This document shows, piece by piece, positions 1-12,110 of a stretch of 64,000 nt of DNA. The stretch lies in the NCBI GenBank assembly GCA_964188305.1, contig OZ076899.1. One strand, 5' to 3'. The position numbers and the translations under genes were made by a program. Every line of letters begins with the position of its first letter. Positions within the stretch are counted from its first letter, which is position 1. Below the pieces are notes generated by a model. The model was not told where the DNA came from. It saw only the letters and a list, made by a program, of their open reading frames with translations, and made no database searches. Origin of the DNA: Podarcis bocagei (lineage: Eukaryota).

Positions 1-314
1 TGCTCTGCCCTCTTCATAACTCTTCAGGTTCTGGGAGGGGAGCTGGTCTCAGCAGGTAGGCCTCTTGCCCCCCACCTTCTAGCCTCCACTTCTGCCTCTG
101 ATTTTGGACTGGCCTCTGCCACCACCTCTTCCTGCTCACTAAACCCTGTTGCCTCTTCAGCTTCTGACACCTCCACCCAGTCTTCTCCCTCATGGGAGTC
201 CCTCATGACTCATGGTCATCCCACCACCAATCCCCTGGCTCTGGGTCTTCTTCCCTTGGGGGTTCCCCAGCTGGTGCTTCCCACCACTCCTCTGCATCCA
301 GCCGGTCAATGACA
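1..314 (-). mobile_element. Probable LTR-type interspersed repeat, truncated by window edge
   Basis: Begins TGTCA on minus strand; resembles a common lizard repeat with acidic pseudo-ORF; abrupt composition change at 315. Confidence 0.4.
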
Positions 315-789
315 GCTTATTTTTTAGTTGCTGCTTTGCTGAGAGTATTTTATAGGTTGTAATTGTTTTATTGATTATTTGTTAATTGTTTTACATTATT
401 TATGCTGGATTTGTTCTTGGTATTTATTGTTTATAAGTTGCTTTGGGATTCATTTGAATAAAAAGCAGCATAGAAACACAATAAATCAAATCAAACAAAT
501 CAATTTTGATGGCTGTTTTGGAATTGTTGTTTGTTTTCAGTTTGTTAATGTTCGGTTGAATTATAGGGCTTCAAATGAGAATTATTGTTTGTTTTATACT
601 ATTTTGTTACCAATTTGTTAGTTGCCTTGAGTTTCTTTGGAAAGTTAGGCAGCACAGAAAACTTTACACTAAATTGTTTTAATTTTAGCGCATGGAATGA
701 AGGTCAAGTCAGAGACTTAAATAAAAACAAAACTGAACATAGATATTCTTTCTAAGCAAGCAGTTTCCAACTTCCAAAAAGGCCCTTAC

Positions 790-911
790 CTAGCATCAAG
801 GACTGTGCGAGTGAAGTATCTGAGGTACTTGAATATGGACATCGAGTCTTGCTGTTTTAAGATTTCCTCCTCTTTGTATTTAAAGAGCGCCAAAGCAAAC
901 CGGAACATTAC
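790..911 (-). CDS. TBC1D2B: TBC1D2B exon 12
   Basis: Read manually: VMFRFALALFKYKEEEILKQQDSMSIFKYLRYFTRTVLDA, donor |gtaagg. Confidence 0.93.
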
Positions 912-3902
912 CTAAATGTTTGACAAACATCAGGTTACAAAAGAGAATGAGCAGTGTTTAAAATTCCCTGCCACTTCAGTTAACTGCATGGAAGAGATCA
1001 CTAACTATTTAGGCCACAAAAGGCTCATCCCCTCAACTTCTAGAAAATTATGGTTAGTCTCGCTTCCCACTCTGTTGGCTTCAGAAACTCCATGAATGCC
1101 CACATGCATTCAAGGCACAAGGACTAAAACCCTGGTTTTCACAAGGAAAGCAGAGATTGATGAGATGTTTAATTATAGTGCAACAGCAGAGTCTCATGGA
1201 ATTCACACAGTATTTGTCAATATTCTTCCAGAGGTAAATTTAGTTCATCCTATCAAATTCTCTAAGCAGTATGAAAGATAGTCTTCAGAAAACATTAACA
1301 CTTAATAGTCTGGTTTGGACATAACACTCAACTATTGTGAACAAGACTCAGGATGTTCATTCATTCCCTCTCCTCTCCTCTCCTCCCCTCCCCTCCCCTT
1401 CCCCTGGCTTGGCTGCAGTTTAGCATTATGTCTGAACCCTAAACAGTGATTAATCCGAAACTACATTATATTGAAACAAGTCAACATCATAAACCAAGGT
1501 TTGAAGATGGTTTCAATAAGTCATAGTTGACTGGACACAGCTGGCCAGAGTGAAGCCATAACATTAAACAGAAACCAAAACTTCCTATCTCCTCGTGGCT
1601 GTACTGGAGGAGGGAACTGACAAGTTTAAGACTCATTCACATTATGCTAAATCAGGAGTCAGCAAACTTTTCAGCAGGGGGCCGGTCCCTCAGACCTTGT
1701 GGGGGACTGGACTATATTTGGGGGGGGATGAACGAATTCCTTTGCCCCACAAATAACCCAGAGATGCATTTTAAATAAAAGCGCACATTCTACTCATGTA
1801 AAAACATGCTGATTCCCAGACCATCCACGGGCTGGATTTAGAAGGCGACTGGGCCGGATCCGGCCCCTGGGCCTTAGTTTGCCTACCCATGTGCTAAATC
1901 ATAGCTTAGTCTGAACATTGCCAGCAATTCAATTTCTTTCCTCAAGCAATTGTTTCATCAGCACTCATAAAAGATACAGGGCACAACCAAGGCACATGGA
2001 AATGAATGGGACAACTGAGCTATTGCACAGCTCCTATTCATTTCACTAATGTTGGGCAGGAGAACATCCCACTGGGTGGCATCTCAGCTCAGCTTTACCC
2101 ACAGGTTTTACAAACATCAGGAAACATTCAGGGTTATGCCATGTACCTTTGGCCCCTCGTACAAAAAAGAGTCCCATATCTTGAAGAGTATGTCGCTGAC
2201 CACACTGTCTACAAACACAACAAGGAACCAGTTGAAAGTGATGAGCGAGTAGTCCACTCTGTATTGCTCAAAGTGGGCATGCAGCCGAGGGAGTTTCTCA
2301 CTCATCAAGTCCTTGAAGACTCTCTGGTCAACCTAAAGGAGTGCAATACAAAAGAAAACTCATTCAGACAAAAATGGAACAAACGGTACAATCTTTTTTT
2401 AAAAAATAAAATGGCAGCCTCACAAGGCCTTAAAGGAGGGTGACTGAATCTCTAATGCCAGAGCAAACTGGTATCTGATTAAAAAGGTGGCACTTAAAAG
2501 TAGGGATAATTTCTATAGAACAAGAACCCCATATGCAGAAATATAATATACACTGGCAGAAGGGACATTTATCAATGTGAAAGAACAAAAACCTAAACAC
2601 ATACAAGATGACTAGTATGTCTAATTCTCAAAAAAGCATGTGGCTCATAATCAAAAGAGCCAGACTGCAGCTGGAGATTCATGTAACTGGATGTTTTTAC
2701 ATGCAAAACAAAAGGAAAGACTTCCTGTGTGTAATAATCCACCAAGTCAGGGCAACAGGTTCTAGCCTAACTTCCATTTCAGTATGTGAGTTTTCTATAT
2801 GCAGGGATGTGTATTTGTTGCATGTATGGAGAAAGAGCTTATCACTTAAGCCCCTACCAAGATTCCTCTTCTGGTGTTTGCGGGAACTAGGCCTTTAGGG
2901 GTTGAATTTGCATGCCGGCACACTCCATACCTGGGAGCCTAGTAAGGTTTTAGTATAATAGTCCCGAGGCATGAAGACCTCCACTATTGTAACTAGGCAC
3001 CAAAAGGCATCTTCCTGCTCCAAGTAGAGAAGCGCAATTGCCACCAGTCTGAAAGACAGAAGATAAAACAGAACAATCTCATATTGCAAAACTGCAAGAG
3101 TCTGGGTGCCATTAAAACTGATGCTGGTAAGTGACCGGCACCAATATATGATTGGACCACAGAGAAGGGCTAAAATGAGCGCTGCTTGGCTTGTTTAAAC
3201 ATATATGCATACGTATTTCACCAGCTTCATCTGGTTCACCAGCTTTGGCCATTCCTGGACAGGGATAGTCCATCCATTGGGAACCTCAAGGCTAGTTTAC
3301 TGCAATGTGTTCTATGTGGGGCTGCCCTCGGGCCTGGTTTAAAACCTCCAGGTGGTGCAGAATGTGGCAGCCAGACCACTGATAGGGGCACATAACCAAC
3401 AACATGTGACCCAATTGTTAAAATATCTGGACTGGCTGCCCATCTACTACTGAGCCAGGCTCAAGATTTCTGCATTAATTTACATATCATTGAACAACTT
3501 AGGTCCAGGGTAAACCTCAGGGACCATCTGAACCCTTATGTCCCAGCTCTTTCACCAGTAGAAGCACTGCTGTTTGTCCTGAGTCGCTGGGGGTCATTTG
3601 ACATCAACGGTGAAGGACATCATCTCCCAGAACGTCCTCTCCATGGAATGCAGCCTAAAGATCCAGTGTGCGCTTACAGACAGCATGGAGCCATAAAGGG
3701 AGATGTCTGACCAGCTGAAGAGGCAAAAGCACCAGCCGTCTATCACCATGTTCTTCTGGAAAATACCACCACCAGCAGAAGCAGCAGCAGCAAGTGCATC
3801 TGAATTGCAGCCAAGCACTTCAGGGTACCAGTCTATTCCTTGTTGCTGTTTCCACGTCATCCTCCAGCAATGAGGAAGACTGAGTGCCACCACTGCCCAC
3901 CA

Positions 3903-3942
<40 letters not shown>

Positions 3943-6900
3943 GAGAAGTCCTACAGCCAAGCACTTCTGGGGTACCAGTCCACTGGAAGACTGAGAGCCA
4001 CCACTGCCACAATTCCTGCCCATCTGGTAAGTACTGCTGGTTTTTTAAAGGGTTTTTCTAGGGGTTTCAGAGGTTTAGAGAGTATGTGTATTTCAATTAT
4101 ACACAATTCCATGTATGTGTGCAGTGCCTCGGAACACAACCGCTGTGTAAATTGGGAGTTGCCTGTAGCTCTAGACCAATCTGGTTTATTGCTCAAAGGA
4201 ATATTGCTGATGCTATTTGAAGGGTTCTGGATATTATTATTATTATTATTATTGAATTTATATACTGCCCTATACCCGGGGGTCTCAGGGTGGTTCACAG
4301 AATAAAATCAAGATATAAAACCAAGATATAATTCACCATGCACGCAAATGTAATTCTTCTGTAACTTTAATTTCACTAGATACCTTCAAGACCTTTGATT
4401 GTACTGAATGGAGCTACTTCAGGAAACTCTTATCAAAGAGTTGTTTGGGAATAGATTTTTACATTTAACTGAGCATATTTATTTGGAATTCTAAGCTTGC
4501 ATTACCATTAGTGGAGTTAACTCCACAAATTTCACAATCAAACGAGGGACCAAACAAGACTATCCACTATTGCCACTCCAATTTGCAGCGGTAATAGAGG
4601 CTTTAGCTACAAATCTAAGAGATATCCAAATTCAGGGAACTGAACATAAATTAAATCCATTTGCACACAATCTGCTAAAATGTTCTATGATCCTAAAAGA
4701 GCTCTCTTGCCTCTACAGCAGACTCTTAGTATGTCTTCATGGAACTTTGAAGTGTCAGGCATAGCCCTACTGGCTTTAGCCCAAACGTAGCAGAGTTTTC
4801 CTGCACAGCGAGGAAGCTAGTTGCGGCAGTAATGACTAGTCAGCTAGACTCAGAATAACTATTTACAGGATTTATTAAAAAGGAAAAATAAAACCAGCAG
4901 AGTTTCTGCATACAAATAAAAGCAAATAAATCCTATCTTTCTTTCTCTCTCAAAACCATACACAGCACTTCTGACTCCTAACACACCTCACATCAAACTG
5001 TGCTAGCAATCCCTAGATAACAGAGTTGAGTGCTGCTCGTTAACCAATCAGAGTGAGTAGTTTCTAGGTCAAGCAGACCTGGGCTTTCTGCCAAGAGTAA
5101 ATTGCCACCAGCTGGAGTTAATTGGTGAAGCTAGAATCTGCAAGTTTCTCACGAGAACCAATTAACAGAAACTGAAACCGAAACTGAACACCCCCTCACA
5201 GATTCTGCTGAACAATTAACTCCAAATACACCTATGTAGGAGATTATTTTTCCAGCAAACCTAAACCCTTGCACATTCGCTTGTTCTTTACCTTTGCCAA
5301 TGGTTTAGTTAACACATCTGCCACATTTTCTTCACTTGATACATAAGTACAGGTGATTACATTGTCTTGTACACAGCAACGTACATTTTGGTATTTTACA
5401 GAGATATGTTTGGAACGCGATTTGAAACCCTCTGTTTTACTTAAGGTTATACAAGCTTGATTATCAATGTAAACTTGTACTGGTTCTCCACAATTTACAT
5501 TTAAATCTGCCATCAAATGCTTGAAATAAATCACCTCGTTGCACAATTCACTCAATGCGGCGTACTCTGATTCCGTTGATGACACACTTACAACGTCTTG
5601 CTTGCGTGACCGCCAGCTGATTAAAGCTCCACCGACCATTATGACTAGTCCTGTGACAGATTTTCTATCTGGCAAATTTCCCCAGTCACTATCACAGTAG
5701 CAACTCAACATTTCATCCTCTGAAGAATTTAATTGTAACATATAGCCAATTGTCTGTTTGAGGTATCTCAGAACTTGTTTTACCCCTTTCCAGGCATTTA
5801 GTGTGGGTTTTGAGACCAATCTACTTAATATGCCTACTGCATAGCTAATATCAGGTCTGGACCACTGTGCTATATACAATAAACTTCCAATTACAGAGTG
5901 ATATACATCAGGATGTTCAAATTCAGGACTCTCATCTATGTGAAGTGTTTTTATGAAACCTGGATCCATAGGCACCGCTGCCCCTTTGCAATCCTGCATC
6001 CTGTATGTAGTCAGTAGTTGTTTAACTTTGTTCTGCTGACTAATTAGGCAGCTGCCATCTTGGGCCCAGCACACTTCCAACCCTAGATATGTCCTAACCG
6101 GGCCTAAGTCCTTCGTACACCCACCTGCAGCCTACAATCTTTGCCCCCTCAGGCGCTGCTACTGGTGTAAAAACCTTGTGCTCATTCAGAGAGGACATCT
6201 CTTCCTCCATTGCCTGTTTCCAGAGCTCTGCCTCCTCTTTTGGTAACTTTAACACCTCCTGAAAACTCTTGGGTTCTGCAATTACACTAAACACATTTGC
6301 AGTATCTGGGGAAAAACGCACCGGAGGCACTCCTTTGTTTTGTCTTTTAGATCTTCTGGGAGAAAATTTTTCTTCTGACCCACTTTCCTCCTCAGAACTA
6401 CGACCTCTCTTTTGTTGCTTAGCAACTGGGCTCTGGCTAACTCCACTTTCCTGAGAGCTCTTATCTGAACTTTCCTCCCCCTCAGACTCTGATTCTCTAT
6501 GTCTACCTTCAGAGTCATGAAGCTCCTGGGAAGGTTCAAACCAAACCTCAGTATTGGCATGTAGTCTCTCCCAGCCACTATGTTCACAAAAACTGGCATT
6601 CCTGGAGATCACAATGCCATTTGTCCCTTCAGCAAAACGGAAACCTTTTCCCAGCTCCTGGTAACCCACAAACACTAGCTGTTTGGTCTTAGGATCTCCC
6701 TTCTTTCTCATTTGTTTCGGAATTAATACCCAGGCTTTTGATCCAAACACATGCAAATGGTCAATTTTAGGTTTTTTTCTGAAACAATTTAAAGTACGGG
6801 GTTGTACCTATTGTTTGATGAAAGAGCCTATTTTGGAGATAACACGCGGTGAGCATGCTCTCCCCCCAATAAGACATGGGCAAATCAGCATCATCAAGCA

Positions 6901-9900
6901 TGGCAAACATCATACCTTGTAAAGATCTGTTTTTTCGCTCTGCAACGCCATTCTCCTCTGGGGAAAAAACGTTCGTTTTCCTATGCCCAATGCCACGCTT
7001 TTGTAACCAATCTTTAAAAGCATTTGACATAAATTCGCCACCTCTGTCCGTCTGAATCCTTTTGAGTTTAGTGGACAGAAATCTTTCCACAGATGCCACC
7101 CAGCCTTTAAACTTAGTGAACACGTCACCCTTATTCTTCATGGGAAAAACCCAAGAATAACGCGTGGCGTCATCCACAATTGTTAGTGAAAAACGCGATC
7201 CACCCCTGCTTACAGCAAATGGACCAATTACGTCCATGTGAACCAGCTGTAGCGGTGACTCACTAACTCTGTCGCTTCTGGGGTAAGAGACTCTGTGGGT
7301 TTTAACCTTTTTACAAACATTACAATCAAGGTACTTGTTACAACTCTTTAAATTACCCCCATCAGCCAATTCAGACATTTTTAGTACACTTTTCCAGCAA
7401 GCATGCCCCATTTTCCTATGCAATAAGTGCACACAGTTGTCATGTATAGCTTTGTTATTCACTGCAGGCTGAGATTTACTGACTACTGCTGCAACTTGAG
7501 ATCCTGCTTTAAGCCAAAACAAGCCTCCCTCTGACTTAGCAGTGCCTAAAATCTCACCAGCCTTCTTAATAATGCAACTGTCTCCTTCAAAATACACTTT
7601 AAACCCAGCTTTTAGCAAACAATCTACAGACATCAGATTGCTCCTTAATGACGGCACACAAAGTACATTTTGCAGGCATTCACGAAGACAAGGAACAAAA
7701 ACTGCACCCCCCGAAATCACTTCGGAAGTACTTCCGTCTGCTAGAGCCACCTGGCTGCGCTGTGCTGAGTTCTTGGAAACAAACAATTCATCTGAATTCA
7801 CGATGTGGCGAGATGCTCCCGAATCGACCACCCAGACCGCTTGTTTCTCATCAGCACTCTTGACCTCGCCGGTCACCAGCTGAGCCGACTGTTTTCGTTT
7901 GAAGAATTTCTTTTTACGCTGCTGCTGCTGCTGCTGATCTCGTCTCTGCTCCTGCACCGGCCACTGAGACTTGACCAACTCCGGACATTGTCGTTTTAGA
8001 TGCGCTGAAGACCCACATCGGAAACAACGCCTAACAGCAAACGCTGACTCCTCACCAGTACGCTGCTTTTGCTTCACCTCTGGCACGGCATGAGAACTCC
8101 TTCCAAACCGTCCACCAGTAGAAGCCTCTGCAGCCACCGACCTTTCTTGCCTCTTCTGCCATTCTTCAATCAAACGCCCAGTAACGTAACTGACTGATAA
8201 ATCATGCTCCTGCATGCCTTCTAGAGACAAAACTAAATTATCCCAGCTTTCCGGGAGAGAACTCAAAATAATAGCCACCTTCTCCTGCTGGTCTAATGCA
8301 CAGTCTCTTTCCTGTAGCGCAACAAACTTTAACTGTAAACTGTGTAGGTGTTCCTGCATTGTAACCCCAGGCTGTAACATTGCCTTGTACAATGCCTTGC
8401 GAATGAACAGCTTGGAAACCGCTGTCTCACGCACATGGAGTTCTTTAAGTGCTTGCCACACACCTCTAGCTGTCTTGATTCCCCTCACATACGGCAACTG
8501 GGAATCTTCCAGCCCCAAGACAATTGTGGCCCTTGCTCTTTGGTCTTTATCGAGGTCTTCATCATCAGGCTTCGTAGGAAACTTACTCACCACTTGCCAG
8601 AGACGATCCCTCTGCAGCACTGCCTGCATGCGTTCCGACCACAGCAAGTAATTGGAGTCATTCAGACGCTCAAAAGCCATCTGAACTGGTTGTAAGGCCA
8701 TCTTGAGAGCGATGTCCCTGGAACCCGGAACCAGCTACTCACGACCACCGAGAGAGAAAACAGGAACCACAGCACCCAGCACTCACACGCTGCAGCTGTT
8801 GTCCTTGCGTCCGCTGCGTCACCAGCTCACCACGGTCAGGAACCAGCCAGAGAACAACAACCTCTGGAACTACTGGAACCAACGCCGTTGATGCTGACAC
8901 CACCGCAACTCAGGCTGGCAGTACAATGCCCATAACCTCATGGAACTTTGAAGTGTCAGGCATAGCCCTACTGGCTTTAGCCCAAACGTAGCAGAGTTTT
9001 CCTGCACAGCGAGGAAGCTAGTTGCGGCAGTAATGACTAGTCAGCTAGACTCAGAATAACTATTTACAGGATTTATTAAAAAGGAAAAATAAAACCAGCA
9101 GAGTTTCTGCATACAAATAAAAGCAAATAAATCCTATCTTTCTTTCTCTCTCAAAACCATACACAGCACTTCTGACTCCTAACACACCTCACATCAAACT
9201 GTGCTAGCAATCCCTAGATAACAGAGTTGAGTGCTGCTCGTTAACCAATCAGAGTGAGTAGTTTCTAGGTCAAGCAGACCTGGGCTTTCTGCCAAGAGTA
9301 AATTGCCACCAGCTGGAGTTAATTGGTGAAGCTAGAATCTGCAAGTTTCTCACGAGAACCAATTAACAGAAACTGAAACCGAAACTGAACATGTCTACTA
9401 AGGTTGCTGGGTGTGTGGGGGTGTGGACTAGATGACCTTCTACAATTCTATGAAAAATTAATTAAAACAAATAAGTGATGTTTCCTATTTCCATGATTTC
9501 AGAACACAACTGGTTACACTCTAATTCTGGTTTTAAATTGCTATGTGGTGGATTCAGATATCTCAAAGTAGTAAAATCATGGGGTTATGTCAACTTTACT
9601 CAAGGAATTTTGGGGATCTTGACAAAAGGCTACAGAAACATTTAAATTTAAGTTGGTTAGGCCAAATTGCAGCTGTGAAGGTGTGCATTCTTCATAAATC
9701 TCTATTTTTCTTTCAGGCCCTGCCCATAACTATCCCTCTTTCTCAATTGGCTCAATGGCAACACTTGATTAATAATTTTATTTCAGGAGGTAAAGAAAGC
9801 AGGGTATGCTGTCTAACCCTGTATTGAGCAAGAACTAAGGGAGGTCTTGGTGCCCCAAATCTTAAGTTGTATTACGAGGCTTTCCAATTAAAAGTTGACA

Positions 9901-12056
9901 CATATGATTAACAACTCAGCTTCAACTCTATGGGCCAAAATAGAACTGGAACCCTTGCAACCCACTCTTAACGCCTTACCCATCCTGAAAACTTCATGGG
10001 CTCACATTAGCAAAATAAGTAATCTGTTTCTACAGCTGACCCTTTGAATATGGCACAAATGGCAATCACATTTAACTCATTTGCCGTCGCCTTTAACTCC
10101 TATTTTAGATCACCCAGCCTTTTGCTTTATCAATAAATATCACCAGTTCCTATTGTGGTGATAAAGGGGAATCTCTATGTAATTTATGTTTCTCCTCTCA
10201 TAACAAAATGACAATAAATATTTCTTTTTAAAAAAATAAATAAAAGTGAGACATGCCAAATGACTACAGAAAATGAAGAAAACAGATTCTACCTGTTGAG
10301 ACCCTGGCAATATCCTATGTCTGGGTTCCGCCAAGAAAATGCAAGCAAGACATTCCGCAGCTTCTGCACTCCTTCAGATGTCAGAGAAGAGTAATGCTTG
10401 TTGTTGGGCAAAGTCCGCAGAAGATCTAGCTCTATCTGCTTTGAAGCCGGGTTCTGCTTCTTCAGGGCATTCTGAAGAAGTGATTGGAAGTAGCCGGGGT
10501 CCATGTGTTCCCTGAACTTCTTTACATGAAGGCCAATGCACCATTTCCACATCTGGGAGCGGTGGGCATGCGGAATCCCATACCGAATGAGGTTCTTGAG
10601 TTCCACAGAGCGCACCATCTCCCTGTTCATGGTGCTAGCCAGATAGTTCTCCCACTTCACCCCTGTGGACATCTCCTGGTTTTCAGTAAGGGAGAGCGAT
10701 TTCAGATCCAAGGCCCGAACCTTCGCTACCAGCTTCTCTTCCTCATCATCCTCTGGGACTGTCTGAAACCCATAAATATCATATTCACTGTAAAGGAGAG
10801 AGAAATCTGATTAACTGGGAATCTTTAGGAATGAAAAAAACTCAAGCAAGAGCGAAAGGTGATATTCTGGAAGTCTGCTATATCTTTTGTGAGCTCAGAT
10901 AAATGCACTAAGTCCCCCCCCCCCCCATTCTGTTAACTCGTTCATTTTAGTAAGGGAGCAGATGGCGCTGTGGTCTAAAACACTGAGGGCTTGCTGATCA
11001 GAAGTTCAGCAGTTTGAGTTCGCGTGATAGGATGAGTTCTTGTTGCTCTGTCCCAGCTCCTGCCAACCTAGCAGTGCGAAAGCATATCAGCGCAAGTAGA
11101 TAAATAGGTGGCAGGAAGGTAAATAGCATTTCCCTGTGCTCTGGCACTCGTCACAGTGCCCTGTTGCACCAGAAGCAGTTTAGTCATGCTGGCCTCATGA
11201 CCCAGAAATCTATCTGTAGACAAATGCCGGCTCTCTTGACCTGAAGTGAGATGAGTACTGCACTCCATAGTCAAGTTTCACTGGACTTAACTATCCAGGA
11301 GTCCTTTACCCTTTAGGTATGTGTTGTTGTTGTTGCTGATGTTTGTTTGTTTGTTTATTGTTAATTTATCAATCATCTTTTAAGCCACTGTCTCAAAGCA
11401 ATTTGCATATAAGGTAATTATGAGCAGTGAAAAATACAAAGCCTACAAATACATTTAAAACAAGACAAAAACCCTAGCAAATGGACAGTCATGGGAAAGA
11501 CCTGGGAAAGCCTGTCAGAACACAAATATCTTCAATTGTTTCTGGAAAGTTAAATAGTGGGAGTCTGTCATATCTCAACAAGAATACTATTCCATAGAAC
11601 AGAGGTGGCCACCCTGAAAGTCTTGCTCTAAGATCTTTGGGTCTTGCAGGAGAAATTCTTCTGCACACTACAGCAATCTACTGGATGTATAAGGGATAAG
11701 GTGGTCTCTTACACTGATTTAACCCTTCAAAGCATATGTGACAGATTTAATTGCAAAATAATTGCCAATAACAATGCTAAGGATTTAATTACACCTGTGC
11801 TCGCCAAAATTATTGAATGCCTCACCAGAATGGTAATGCCATCACACTGTGAAATTAAAAGTTTCTAGTCTCACACATTTTAACCATTATTTTCCAATGG
11901 CAAGGGATAGGACTCGGAGCCTGGAGCTTCTCCATCCTCCCCTTTCCCAACAGCACTCAGTGATCTTCCTTCACCTCCAGTTTCCAGTCTCCTGTTTTAG
12001 AGAATATTTCCAAATATCTTGTGAACCATCCTGAAATCTTTTGGTGAAGGATGGTA

Positions 12057-12110
<54 letters not shown>

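Larger units (their letters stand above)
4737..9391 (-). mobile_element. Ty1/copia LTR retrotransposon 'Copia-A', RT-deleted, in TBC1D2B intron 9
   Basis: 454-bp LTRs 4737-5190 and 8938-9391, identical by eye; 5-bp TSD TGTCT (4732-4736, 9392-9396); PBS GGTTATGGGC (8928-8937); PPT GAGGGGG (5191-5197); gag-PR-IN-RT/RH order. Confidence 0.96.

Noticed and set aside
2006-2443. 145-aa plus-strand ORF
   Set aside because: Antisense shadow of TBC1D2B exon 11.
3820-4061. Poly-Leu / poly-Ala ORFs
   Set aside because: Produced by the intronic CAG microsatellite within a decayed repeat with internal duplications.
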